Shown here piece by piece: positions 9,135 through 18,037 of a stretch of DNA of 53,064 bases. Made by a program: the position numbers and the translations under genes. Numbering within the stretch: position 1 is the first letter of the stretch; each line of letters starts with the position of its first letter. The notes under the pieces are model-generated. The model did not search any database. It was not told where the DNA came from and saw only the letters and a list, made by a program, of their open reading frames with translations. The stretch is from a virus (lineage: Duplodnaviria; Caudoviricetes): positions 1 through 53,064 of the IMG/VR virus record IMGVR_UViG_3300025098_000064; one strand, written 5' to 3'.

Positions 9135-9685
9135 CATTTTTAGTTGATGCAGCAAAATATTATAATTCTGAACCCCACCAGATTGCTGCCTGGGAAGATC
9201 TAGAAGTTAAGTTGCCTAAATACTTATTAGAAGAGTTTCAGGCAGCCTATAGAGCCAAGCAGCCTTCCCCAGTTAGTCCTACTGTCACTAACAGTTGGGA
9301 AGGTATCTATACAGCGGCAGCAATGGCAGGGTCTAAATTCCCTGCTGTTACAGCTGCCCAGTGGGCGCTTGAAAGTGCATACGGTAAGTATGTTTCTGGT
9401 AAAAATAACTTCTTCGGAATTAAGGGTCCAGGTACATCCAAAACTACATGGGAGGACTATGGCAATGGTCCTGTCACTATCGTCGCTCAGTTCAGGGACT
9501 TTTCAACACCTGAAGAGTGTGTGCAATATTTAGTTGACAGATGGTATCGAGACTATAAGGGTTATCGCGGTGTCAATCGTGCTAACTCCAACGCTGAATG
9601 TGCTCGCCTACTAAAAGTAGAAGGCTACGCAACTGATCCAGCATATACACAAAAACTAATTAACATTATTAGCCAAAACCTATGA
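9131..9685 (+). CDS. Endolysin, GH73 glucosaminidase-like
   Basis: AQWALESAYG, NNFFGIKG, FRDFST and GYATDPAY motifs of the FlgJ/GH73 family. Confidence 0.85.
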   Translation: MTFLVDAAKYYNSEPHQIAAWEDLEVKLPKYLLEEFQAAYRAKQPSPVSPTVTNSWEGIYTAAAMAGSKFPAVTAAQWALESAYGKYVSGKNNFFGIKGPGTSKTTWEDYGNGPVTIVAQFRDFSTPEECVQYLVDRWYRDYKGYRGVNRANSNAECARLLKVEGYATDPAYTQKLINIISQNL

Positions 9686-9918
9686 TTGAAATTCTTGGCA
9701 TTAAACTTAGCTTAGAGACAATTGGTTTCCTAGTTGCATTCTTGGCCTCCGAAGTAATCGGTTCATCCAGTCTGCAGCAAAACTCAATTGCTCAGCTAGC
9801 TAAGTCTCTCATCGATACACTTAAGCCTTCCCGTAAGGAAGATGAAAAGGTAGCGGAAGTTCGTAAAGCCACAGAGCTTCTAGCTGAAACCCTTCGCCGC
9901 CTTGATGATCGTGGCTAA
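9682..9918 (+). CDS. Putative holin-like membrane protein
   Basis: 78 aa with a hydrophobic N-terminal segment and charged C-terminus, coupled to the endolysin. Confidence 0.5.
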   Translation: MIEILGIKLSLETIGFLVAFLASEVIGSSSLQQNSIAQLAKSLIDTLKPSRKEDEKVAEVRKATELLAETLRRLDDRG

Positions 9919-10141
9919 ACGTGCGGGTGAAGAACTATTCGATGAACTTCACTCTTTACTTACCACTGAGCTGGTAGGTCGTATTAAATCAGGAGAGGCT
10001 ACGACGGCTGATCTACGAGCTGCTATTGACTGGCTAGCAAAGAATGACATCACTGGTGTCCCTCTTAGCGGTAGTCCCCTGGCATCGCTTATGGGATCAA
10101 TCCCGGAGCTCACTTTTGACGACGTTCAAGGCTATATCTAA
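9902..10141 (+). CDS. Terminase small subunit (T7 gp18-like); probable start GTG 9911
   Basis: FDELHSLLT..L..RIKSGEATTADLRAAIDWLAKNDITG pattern of cyanopodovirus DNA maturase A, upstream of the large subunit. Confidence 0.75.
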   Translation: MMIVAKRAGEELFDELHSLLTTELVGRIKSGEATTADLRAAIDWLAKNDITGVPLSGSPLASLMGSIPELTFDDVQGYI

Positions 10142-10389
10142 TGGCAGCAGCCAAAAGAAATCCAAAAATCAGCGAAGCAACTAGACGTGCTCGCCGTAAA
10201 TACAACGCAACACCTAAGGCTAAACAACGTCGAGCTGAACTAAATAAGATCAATCGACAGAAAGGTACTTACGGTAATGGTGATGGCTTAGATAACAGCC
10301 ATAAAGCCAACGGTAAGACCGTCAAAGAAAAAGCTTCTTCTAACCGCCGCCGTAACGGCAACAACGGTTCATCCAAATATAAACGTTAG
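10141..10389 (+). CDS. Basic hypothetical protein, possibly degenerate HNH-like
   Basis: 82 aa, Arg/Lys-rich, with GDGLDNSH...SSNRRRNG. Confidence 0.55.
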   Translation: MAAAKRNPKISEATRRARRKYNATPKAKQRRAELNKINRQKGTYGNGDGLDNSHKANGKTVKEKASSNRRRNGNNGSSKYKR

Positions 10390-10405
10390 GAATCTCAATG
10401 AGTCA

Positions 10406-10672
10406 ATGGATACTCCCCGAAGCCTCATGCATAATCTTCTCTGCTTTCGTTCTAGTGATGCGAAACGTATGTTTAGAGAAAGCATTAAGGATAGGGATGG
10501 ACATAAATGTGTTTACTGTGGCTGCTCTGAAAACCTAACCATTGACCATGTTCGCCCAAAGTCAAAGGGTGGTACGGATACAGCCGACAACTGTGTAACA
10601 GCTTGTCGCCCCTGCAATCAAGCTAAGGGGTCCATGCATGTAGACGTCTTTATGCAAACTCAATCGGCTTAA
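10406..10672 (+). CDS. HNH endonuclease
   Basis: CVYCG...LTIDHVRPKSKGG...NCVTACRPCNQAKG is a canonical zinc-binding HNH signature. Confidence 0.9.
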   Translation: MDTPRSLMHNLLCFRSSDAKRMFRESIKDRDGHKCVYCGCSENLTIDHVRPKSKGGTDTADNCVTACRPCNQAKGSMHVDVFMQTQSA

Positions 10673-10681
10673 TTTAATGTA

Positions 10682-10891
10682 ATGATAGAAGCTGCTGTAA
10701 CTATTGCTATTGCTGCTGCTACGGGATTAGGAGTTATGTCTGCCAAACTCAATGACCGTATTAACGCAATAGAACTTAGGGTCGCTGAGAAGTATATCCC
10801 TAGAGAAGAAGTGTCTTTAATACTGACACGATTCGAGGACCATATGGTTCGCATTGAATCCAAACTTGATAATCTTATTTCTAAAGAATAA
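10682..10891 (+). CDS. Hypothetical protein with N-terminal hydrophobic helix and coiled coil
   Basis: 69-aa ORF tightly packed in the operon. Confidence 0.6.
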   Translation: MIEAAVTIAIAAATGLGVMSAKLNDRINAIELRVAEKYIPREEVSLILTRFEDHMVRIESKLDNLISKE

Positions 10892-10893
10892 CT

Positions 10894-11121
10894 ATGACTG
10901 CACAAACATTCACTGCCGTTGTTCGGCCAGCTACTACCTTTTCCACTGAGAAAAAGAAGGGTGGCAACTATGTTCTTACCTCCACCGCAGTAACAGCTCT
11001 GGCTGCTCTTACTACAGCTAATACCATCTCTGATGTATTGGATGTTCTCAGTACTGTTACTGAAGACAGCCATGTTGTTGGGTCTGCACAAATCGGTAAA
11101 GCTACTTCGAGTCTTAACTGA
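10894..11121 (+). CDS. Hypothetical protein (possibly virion-associated)
   Basis: 75-aa Thr/Ala-rich ORF with 2-nt and 1-nt gaps to its neighbours. Confidence 0.6.
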   Translation: MTAQTFTAVVRPATTFSTEKKKGGNYVLTSTAVTALAALTTANTISDVLDVLSTVTEDSHVVGSAQIGKATSSLN

Positions 11122-11122
11122 T

Positions 11123-11200
11123 ATGCCATACGGAAAAGGTACATACGGTTCCAAGGTGGGCCGTCCCCCAAAAAAGAAAAAAGGTAAGAAAAAGAAATGA
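11123..11200 (+). CDS. Lys-rich micro-protein (25 aa)
   Basis: MPYGKGTYGSKVGRPPKKKKGKKKK*. It fills the gap exactly and overlaps the next ORF by ATGA. Confidence 0.65.
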   Translation: MPYGKGTYGSKVGRPPKKKKGKKKK

Positions 11201-11322
11201 GCCTTTACGCCAATATTAATAAGCGCAAGAAGGCTGGTACTTCTCGCTCTAAAAAGAAATCTACTGTATCGGCTAAGTCCTACGCAGCAATGAAGAAGGG
11301 TTTTCCTAAAAAGAAAAAATGA
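11197..11322 (+). CDS. Lys-rich micro-protein (41 aa)
   Basis: MSLYANINKRKKAGTSRSKKKSTVSAKSYAAMKKGFPKKKK*, with ATGA overlaps at both ends. Confidence 0.7.
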   Translation: MSLYANINKRKKAGTSRSKKKSTVSAKSYAAMKKGFPKKKK

Positions 11323-11588
11323 TCCAATTCCGCCTTAATAATTTTAAGGCAATAGCTAAGTGGCTGGATAAGAAATTACCCGGCCCCTTTTCTTTCTTTC
11401 TTAAAGGGTGGCTGTATGGACTAGAGAGTCAATACATCGCCGCTAAGGCGTCTGCGGCTGTTGAGAAGGGGATTGCACCTATTGCTCCTTCTGACCCTGT
11501 TGTAGAGCCTCCTAGCTATCGCTCAGAGCCTTCTGAAGTTGAAGGTCTAAATATAATTAGTCTATCGAATGGATTTTCAAAGAAATAG
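11319..11588 (+). CDS. Hypothetical protein
   Basis: 89-aa ORF overlapping both neighbours. Confidence 0.55.
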   Translation: MIQFRLNNFKAIAKWLDKKLPGPFSFFLKGWLYGLESQYIAAKASAAVEKGIAPIAPSDPVVEPPSYRSEPSEVEGLNIISLSNGFSKK

Positions 11589-12228
11589 TAATACTGACTA
11601 TATGTTTTCAGTATTGACCTCTCCTAAGATTACACAGATGAGTCGAGGTCGTATTCCTCAGATGACTCCACAGCAAGCAGCAGGTTTGCTTGGTTCTTGG
11701 ATTGTTGAGACGGGTGACCCGACTCTCCAAAATCTAGATGTTGTTGAAAAAAATGCTAGAGCTGGTAGAGGGTTATCTCAGTACACAGGAGTAAGGCGTG
11801 GCCCTTACGATCGTGCTCGCTCTGCAGCTCTATCTTCCGGTTTAGACCCCAACCAGGCTTCTTGGCAGATGCAATATTTTGCTGATGAATATTCAGGTAA
11901 ATATGACCAGCAAGGCAAGTCTCTCATCGGTTGGACAAAATCTCTTGATCAATTACCACCTAATCTATCTTCTGCGGACTATGCAGAACTAATCACTGGG
12001 TCTGCCGCAAAAGGTCAGGGTTACTTCCGCCCAGGTGTGCCTCACACAGATCGACGCAGAAAGGCGGCAGATCAGGTGTTTCAAGCCTATTCACAACCTG
12101 CTCCTCCCCTAACTATTCCTAAGGCAAAACTCAAACCTATAGAAAAGAAGAAAAAACCTAATGGTGTTATGGGTGTGTTGTCTGATGTTGTGGAAGGTTT
12201 GGGAATCCCACTACCGCGTATGCAATGA
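11569..12228 (+). CDS. Phage tail lysozyme-like muramidase
   Basis: QAAGLLGSWIVETG...GRGLSQYTGVRR resembles the AAGIxGNxxxES...GxGxxQWT pattern of phi29 gp13-like tail lysozymes. Confidence 0.6.
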   Translation: MDFQRNSNTDYMFSVLTSPKITQMSRGRIPQMTPQQAAGLLGSWIVETGDPTLQNLDVVEKNARAGRGLSQYTGVRRGPYDRARSAALSSGLDPNQASWQMQYFADEYSGKYDQQGKSLIGWTKSLDQLPPNLSSADYAELITGSAAKGQGYFRPGVPHTDRRRKAADQVFQAYSQPAPPLTIPKAKLKPIEKKKKPNGVMGVLSDVVEGLGIPLPRMQ

Positions 12229-12231
12229 TTT

Positions 12232-13956
12232 ATGAATTTAACCGAACTTGAGCATAAGATAAGAGTTGACTTTAGAGCTTTCCTTACACTTGTCTGGCAA
12301 GAGTTAGATCTACCTAGACCTACAAGAGCACAGCTGTCTATTGCTGATTATCTACAGAATGGACCTAAGCGTCTGCAGATTAGTGCCTTTCGTGGTGTTG
12401 GTAAAAGTTGGATCACGGCTGCCTTTGTCCTTTGGACGTTATTTAATGACCCTGATAAAAAGATCATGGTTGTTTCTGCTTCTAAGGAACGAGCAGATAA
12501 CTTCGCTATCTTCTGTCAAAAGCTCATTATTGAGATTGAATGGCTTAACCACTTAGGCCCTAAAGATTCAGATCAACGCTGGTCTCGTATCTCTTTTGAT
12601 GTTGGTCCTGCTAAACCTCATCAGGCCCCTAGTTGTAAATCAGTAGGCATTACGGGCTCAATGACTGGAAGCCGTGCGGATCTTCTCATCTTCGATGATG
12701 TCGAAAATGTTGGCAATTCCAGCACAGATATGCAACGCCAGAAGCTTCTACAACTTGTTACTGAAGCTGAATCAATCCTTACCCCTGATGACAACTCTAG
12801 AATTTTTTTCCTTGGGACACCACAATCAGTCTTCACGATCTACCGCAAACTCGCTGAGCGGTCCTATAGACCGTTTATCTGGCCAGCCCGTTATCCCAAG
12901 AACGATAGTGGATACGAGGGTCTCCTTGCACCACAACTGGTTGCTGACCTTGAGCAAGGAGTGGAGAGAGGGACACCCACCGACACCAGATTTAGTGACC
13001 TAGATCTGCTGGAGCGTGAGTCCGCTATGGGCCGCTCCAACTTTCAACTTCAGTTCATGCTTGATACAAGTATGTCTGATGCTGAGAAGTTCCCCCTTAA
13101 GTTTGCTGATCTAATCGTTACCCCTTTAGGGATGGAATGTGCTGAGCGTTATGCCTGGTCTTCTGATCCTCGATATATGATCAAAAACCTAAACCCCGTA
13201 GGACTGCCCGGAGATCGTTTCTACGGGCCGATGTTCATTGATGAGGGTATGTGTGATTACTCCGAGACAATCCTCTCTGTAGACCCTTCTGGCCGGGGTG
13301 CTGATGAGACCTGTTGTGTTGTTCTATCTCAAGCAAATGGTTATGTCTTTGTTCGTGATATTAAAGCTTTCCGTGATGGCTATTCTGATGACACACTCTC
13401 AGCTATTGTTCGGTTAGGTAAACGGTACAAAGCTTCTCGTCTCCTCGTAGAATCGAACTTCGGGGACGGGATGATATGTGAACTCTTTAACAGACACATA
13501 CAACAACAAGGTGCTGCCTTCTCAACAGAAGAAGTTAGAGCCACAGTCAGAAAAGAAGAACGTATCATCGACACCCTTGAACCAGTCATGAACCAGCACA
13601 AGCTGATCATTGATCCGAAGGTCTGGGAATATGACTACAGTTCTAATCCTGATGCTCCACCTGAAAAGCGTCTCGAATATATGCTCGGATATCAGATGTC
13701 TAGAATGTTTCGAGGTCGTGGTGCTGTTCGGCATGATGACCGAATTGATGCATTGTCCCAAGGTGTTCAGTGGTTTATTGATGCCCTCGCTCAATCAGCA
13801 CACAAACAACAAGCCTTCCGTAAGAACGAAGAGTGGAAGGCAATGATGGATGCCCTCGAAAATCACCCTCAGTTAGCTACAGATCTCTTGGCTACTGGTG
13901 GTTCCTTTCAAAACCTTAAAACCTCTGGTAGCACTAAGGTTTGGGACTGGGTGTAG
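12232..13956 (+). CDS. Terminase large subunit (T7 gp19-like)
   Basis: Walker A AFRGVGKSW, Walker B GSRADLLIFDDVE, LGTPQ, and nuclease motifs VDPSGRGADE and HDDRIDAL. Confidence 0.96.
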   Translation: MNLTELEHKIRVDFRAFLTLVWQELDLPRPTRAQLSIADYLQNGPKRLQISAFRGVGKSWITAAFVLWTLFNDPDKKIMVVSASKERADNFAIFCQKLIIEIEWLNHLGPKDSDQRWSRISFDVGPAKPHQAPSCKSVGITGSMTGSRADLLIFDDVENVGNSSTDMQRQKLLQLVTEAESILTPDDNSRIFFLGTPQSVFTIYRKLAERSYRPFIWPARYPKNDSGYEGLLAPQLVADLEQGVERGTPTDTRFSDLDLLERESAMGRSNFQLQFMLDTSMSDAEKFPLKFADLIVTPLGMECAERYAWSSDPRYMIKNLNPVGLPGDRFYGPMFIDEGMCDYSETILSVDPSGRGADETCCVVLSQANGYVFVRDIKAFRDGYSDDTLSAIVRLGKRYKASRLLVESNFGDGMICELFNRHIQQQGAAFSTEEVRATVRKEERIIDTLEPVMNQHKLIIDPKVWEYDYSSNPDAPPEKRLEYMLGYQMSRMFRGRGAVRHDDRIDALSQGVQWFIDALAQSAHKQQAFRKNEEWKAMMDALENHPQLATDLLATGGSFQNLKTSGSTKVWDWV

Positions 13957-14012
13957 TTTGGTGGCCCACCTAAGCAGAGAGAGTGGTGTCTTTCTGTGTG
14001 GATATGCGGTTT

Positions 14013-14040
14013 AGAGACCCTGGTAATCCGGGTCTCTTTT
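14013..14040 (+). terminator. Intrinsic terminator after the terminase
   Basis: AGAGACCC(T)GG-TAAT-CCGGGTCTCT hairpin followed by a short T run. Confidence 0.6.
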
Positions 14041-14276
14041 CCTTAAACACAATATAACCAACAATTAAATCAAGACTAACACGGTGAAAATCCGCTTCCT
14101 TTTTGGCAACTTTGGGGGAAGGCACATCGTTAGAATCACTGTACATAAAACACACACAACCCAAAGCATTTGCAATTGCTTACAACTCTTTGGGTTGGTA
14201 AGATTATTGTTTTTATTCTTTTAGTTAAAACTATAAACATAAAACATAAAAAACATTAAAGTTTTACTCCTAAAGC

Positions 14277-14927
14277 ATGTCTACCACTAACAACACTACT
14301 CTTATATCAATTACTCCTAAAGCAGAAGAACTTATCTCTTACTGTGCCAGAGTATCTAACCCTGCAAATCAGGATAATCCTGAATGTGAGAAGTTGATTA
14401 AGTATCTTATTAAACATAATCATTGGTCTCCCTTTGAGTTAGCTCATATGGTGATTGAGATTAATACTACTAGAGCTATTGCTGCTCAGATTCTTAGACA
14501 TAGATCTTTTAGCTTTCAAGAGTTCTCTCAGAGGTATGCTTCTGTTAATGAACTTCAATCTCCTGCTATTCCTGATCTTAGGAGACAAGACCTAAAGAAT
14601 AGACAAAACTCTATTGATGATCTTAATCCTTGGGATAAACAATCTCTTCAGATGGAGATTAGAGATCATTTCTATGAATCAACAAAACTCTATAACCGTC
14701 TCCTGTCTAAAGGTGTGGCTAAAGAGTCAGCAAGGTCTGTGTTGCCTTTGAACACCCCTACTCGGTTGTATATGGCTGGGTCTATTAGATCCTGGATTCA
14801 TTACATCCAGCTTAGGTCTGCTAACGGTACTCAGCTTGAGCATCAACAGATTGCTGAGGGTTGTCGTGATGTGTTTAAGGAGTGTCTTCCTAATATTTAT
14901 ATGGCTGTATTTAATGGCGACGAATAA
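14277..14927 (+). CDS. thyX: FAD-dependent thymidylate synthase
   Basis: ThyX signature RHRSFSFQEFSQRY, plus HWSPFE and KESARSVLP. Confidence 0.95.
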   Translation: MSTTNNTTLISITPKAEELISYCARVSNPANQDNPECEKLIKYLIKHNHWSPFELAHMVIEINTTRAIAAQILRHRSFSFQEFSQRYASVNELQSPAIPDLRRQDLKNRQNSIDDLNPWDKQSLQMEIRDHFYESTKLYNRLLSKGVAKESARSVLPLNTPTRLYMAGSIRSWIHYIQLRSANGTQLEHQQIAEGCRDVFKECLPNIYMAVFNGDE

Positions 14928-15084
14928 ACAGCTTCAGGACGCTCTAGACGCGGCTCTGAAGGCTAAGAACCCTGTTCTGGTACGATCTATCAGGGCAGCT
15001 ATGGAGGGACGTGTTGTGAACCCTTTTGAGGGTATGTCTATCCATCCTGAGGTAGACCACCTCTGGAACTTCCCTTCAGAGTAA
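14914..15084 (+). CDS. Hypothetical protein (56 aa)
   Basis: ATG 14914 (MATNKQLQDALDAAL...) overlaps the end of thyX; it is the last late gene before the long non-coding gap. Confidence 0.5.
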   Translation: MATNKQLQDALDAALKAKNPVLVRSIRAAMEGRVVNPFEGMSIHPEVDHLWNFPSE

Positions 15085-15525
15085 AATGACATAATTTTCT
15101 GAAGTCTATAACCTGGTGGGTTGTTTACATTTTCCCCCCGTATGTACCCCGTTTTCCACAGGCAAAAGTGGGGCAGATTAGCGTTTTTATCTCTCATTTA
15201 GTGGGCATGATTTGCCCTCCTAAATATTATTTAAGGGGCCTGACTTGCATTTTTATTTCTCAATCAGCGCTCCTGATTGCGTTTGCTTGTAATAAATAGC
15301 TGAGATCCACTGGTATGACTGCGTTCTCGTTAGTCTGGATATCCAGTGAGTTCTAATTCATGCCGCATGATTGCCACTAAGTAACATCAACCTAAATAAT
15401 AATTTATATCTACTGATTTTCTTTGATGTTTACTTTGTTTTTTATTTATGTGTCATCATCTGTTGACTTGTTATTTGTAATCATATCAACACAATTAATC
15501 AGTAGTTCTTATCACTAACAGAAAC
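15085..15525. other. Probable genome terminus / collapsed terminal repeat region of phage B
   Basis: About 440 bp, AT-rich and non-coding, between the last late gene and the first early gene. This is where T7-like genome ends map. Inferred from position only. Confidence 0.55.
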
Positions 15526-15780
15526 ATGCCTAACATTAATCAACTGTACCAAGAGAACATAGAAAGATCAGTAGCCGAACTATATGATCACATGAACAAC
15601 AATCTCCTAGGCTGGTTATCCGATGACGGAAAATATGCAGACACTGAGGATTTAACACCAGAACAGATAGATTCAATTAGTGCGGTTCAGTCAATCGAAG
15701 AGGAATGGGTTCTCAATGCTGAGCTGCGCGAAGAGGTTTCTATGCTCCGCTTTGCTGATGACGATGACGACGACAGCTGA
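15526..15780 (+). CDS. Acidic early hypothetical protein
   Basis: 84 aa, Asp/Glu-rich, ending FADDDDDDS; first ORF of the early region. Confidence 0.65.
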   Translation: MPNINQLYQENIERSVAELYDHMNNNLLGWLSDDGKYADTEDLTPEQIDSISAVQSIEEEWVLNAELREEVSMLRFADDDDDDS

Positions 15781-15903
15781 ATTGTTAAGAAATATCAATT
15801 CTTAGCTCGACTCACTTCCACTAGCAGAGACGAGGCTGCATACTGTGTGCAAGCGAGAGGAACGGAGAAGGCGAAAGCCTGCGCCTCTACTGCTTTAAAC
15901 AAT

Positions 15904-15916
15904 TCCACTAAGACAG
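15904..15916 (+). promoter_or_regulatory. TCCACT-N4-CAG motif (first of at least 8 full copies; others at 16161, 16568, 16961, 17844, 18063, 22159, 27420; variant at 25022)
   Basis: Co-oriented 13-mers, each 2-28 nt upstream of a start codon. Confidence 0.7.
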
Positions 15917-15944
15917 CTAACTTCAAAACAAGGTCTCTCATCCC

Positions 15945-16145
15945 ATGACAACATCACGCCTAGTAGCAGTCACAACCGCTCCAGTCGGTCTAATCCTGAT
16001 CATGCTGGCCATTGTCTCAATCATCGCCACACCACCTGCTACAGAGGCAGCACGGCGCGGCATGGGTCAGTTCATGCAAGCTTCACTCGCTCTTGTTTGT
16101 GTCGGCGCTACTGCTGCTGCTATTGACCACGAGCGAGCCCACTAG
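15945..16145 (+). CDS. Early membrane hypothetical protein
   Basis: 66 aa with two hydrophobic segments, preceded by the motif at 15904. Confidence 0.55.
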   Translation: MTTSRLVAVTTAPVGLILIMLAIVSIIATPPATEAARRGMGQFMQASLALVCVGATAAAIDHERAH

Positions 16146-16181
16146 TATTGTTTTCTCAACTCCACTAACACAGGCAACGCC

Positions 16182-16424
16182 ATGTCCTTCAAAAACAACA
16201 CAGGCCACCAACTCACCAACACCATGGAGCAGACCATGGTCAGGTATGCAAACAAGCTGGAAGAGGCAACGGGCTTTTCCATTCAGCTTGATTTCAATTC
16301 AGAAGATGACGACTATGAGATCTCTTTAGTTGATCCATGCGGCGACCTTGAAGGCGAACCATGGACTGCATGGACTGATTTCGTTCACGACACAGAGTCA
16401 CAGATCACGCTCGCCCTTATCTAG
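16182..16424 (+). CDS. Early hypothetical protein
   Basis: 80-aa acidic ORF preceded by the motif at 16161. Confidence 0.65.
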   Translation: MSFKNNTGHQLTNTMEQTMVRYANKLEEATGFSIQLDFNSEDDDYEISLVDPCGDLEGEPWTAWTDFVHDTESQITLALI

Positions 16425-16426
16425 TA

Positions 16427-16552
16427 ATGACAATTCAAGAGATGGACCGCATGAACGATCTTCTACAGGATCAAATTCTCGCCGCGTATGAACGGCAACA
16501 AGAACGTGACTATGACGCCATGGTCAACGAAGAGGCACCACAAGACGATTAG
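16427..16552 (+). CDS. Early acidic micro-protein (41 aa)
   Basis: MTIQEMDRMNDLLQDQILAAYERQQERDYDAMVNEEAPQDD* fills the gap between 16424 and the next motif. Confidence 0.55.
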   Translation: MTIQEMDRMNDLLQDQILAAYERQQERDYDAMVNEEAPQDD

Positions 16553-16604
16553 TCGTCTCTCATCAGCTCCACTACCGCAGACCACACCCACCACCAACAA
16601 ACTC

Positions 16605-16952
16605 ATGAGAAAAATTGAAGCACAAATGAACGCCGCTGTTCGCAGTCGTCGGGATTGGCATTCAGGCAACACCAGCGTTGACAACACAGATCATGGTGTC
16701 GTGATCAGGCTGCATGGTCATAAGATCTGCGTCCTTAATGATCACAACGAATCAGGCAGAACACAGCTCGCCATCACTGACGCAGGGTGGCAAACCACCA
16801 CCACAAAGTCACGCATCAATGCGCTTCTCGCTGAGTTTACAAAAGGAGCTCGTGTCTATCAATCAAAGTTTGAATGGTACTTGAGTGAATCAGCCGATAA
16901 GCCTGTTGTGTCAATGGAAAGTGGGGAAGCCTACCTAGTAGAAGGCTATTGA
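16605..16952 (+). CDS. Conserved cyanophage-type hypothetical protein
   Basis: Start reassigned to ATG 16605 (MRKIEAQMNAAV...LHGHKI...GWQTTTTKSRINALL), a pattern I recall from cyanophage hypothetical proteins; preceded by the motif at 16568. Confidence 0.7.
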   Translation: MRKIEAQMNAAVRSRRDWHSGNTSVDNTDHGVVIRLHGHKICVLNDHNESGRTQLAITDAGWQTTTTKSRINALLAEFTKGARVYQSKFEWYLSESADKPVVSMESGEAYLVEGY

Positions 16953-16975
16953 TCATCACCTCCACTCACGCAGCC

Positions 16976-17194
16976 ATGAAAGTTTTTCCTATGACTATCT
17001 CTGACGCATCACCACGCCTGAAGTTTCTTATTAAACAACTAGAAGCAAAAGCGGGCGTTACTTCATATGATTTTATCCTTGAAAATCCTGACTTGTTTAA
17101 TCGATCAATGATCAAAGAAGCGGACATGCTCGATGATATGTGGACAAACGAGATACGCAATGCTTTCGATAATCGCGCTGCTGAATCATCCTAA
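16976..17194 (+). CDS. Early hypothetical protein
   Basis: ATG 16976 (or 16991) immediately after the motif at 16961. Confidence 0.55.
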   Translation: MKVFPMTISDASPRLKFLIKQLEAKAGVTSYDFILENPDLFNRSMIKEADMLDDMWTNEIRNAFDNRAAESS

Positions 17195-17248
17195 CCCGTG
17201 CATTCTAGTAAGCATTAGTAACTCATCCCCACTAAATAATACATAGCG

Positions 17249-17278
17249 ACCCTGCGATTTTTCGCGGGGTTTTTATTT
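17249..17278 (+). terminator. Intrinsic terminator of the early transcript
   Basis: ACCCTGCGA-TTTT-TCGCGGGGT stem followed by TTTTATTT. Confidence 0.6.
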
Positions 17279-17863
17279 GAAAAGAATAGGCAGGGGTGAC
17301 CCGACACACATTCATCTCTCATCAAAAGAGCGCTACCAGCCCCTGCAAAAGCAAATAAGCCAGCCTTGTGTGTCTTGATACCTGGACAATCATTGACGGC
17401 CACTTGCACGCCCACAGATGAGCGTTAATATGATCATATCGAGAGGCACCGGGACAGCAAACCCACCGCCAACGAAAGCCCGAAGAGCAGGGGGGCAATA
17501 GGGTTCCACCCGCAATTCTTTTCATTAGTTGTGCAAAGCTTCTCGATTTCTTTTTTTCATTTGTTTCTCCTACGTGAGCTTAAACATGAACAACGTTCCA
17601 GCAGTTCACTTTCTCCACGAAACAATTCATCAATCACCAGCCCCTGCAATTGGTTCACGGTGTAACAGACCACAAGCACTACGTGCCAATAAGGTATTTA
17701 GCGCTACAGTAATTTCAGGCGGTAAGAAGTACGGGAAGCAAGTAAGTCCCATTATTCATAATCCGCATATAAAACATGCTGGTGTTGGTATCATTTGGAA
17801 CCAGTTTTAGGCATTATGACTTATAGTGATAAGCATTGTCATCTCCACTAACACAGCTCAGTG

Positions 17864-18037
17864 ATGATCAGCTACCTGTGCAGATACAAAGACCACCAGG
17901 GGAAAGAGCACAGGGCTGTTTTCATTTGTAGGGATGCATTTCATGCACGACTTACTTTTGAGGAAATGGTCGGTTCGGATTCAGCTCACCTAATTGGCAT
18001 TCTTCCTGTCCGAGACAGTAAGGACATGTGGGAATAG
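17864..18037 (+). CDS. Early hypothetical protein (57 aa)
   Basis: MISYLCRYKDHQGKEHRAVFICRDAFHARLTFEEMVG...DMWE*, starting 7 nt after the motif at 17844. Confidence 0.55.
   Translation: MISYLCRYKDHQGKEHRAVFICRDAFHARLTFEEMVGSDSAHLIGILPVRDSKDMWE

Noticed and set aside
10669-11154. 161-aa minus-strand ORF and the other minus-strand ORFs in the track
   Set aside because: They lie antisense to tightly coupled plus-strand genes and have no recognisable motifs. The genome is uniformly co-oriented.
15463-15491. Host sigma70 promoter starting at TTGACT
   Set aside because: There is no convincing -10 hexamer at 16-18 nt spacing. Early promoters are expected nearby but cannot be placed from sequence alone.
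17405-17520. Hammerhead ribozyme
   Set aside because: CAGATGAG deviates from the CUGANGA core, and I could not build the three stems around a GAAA.
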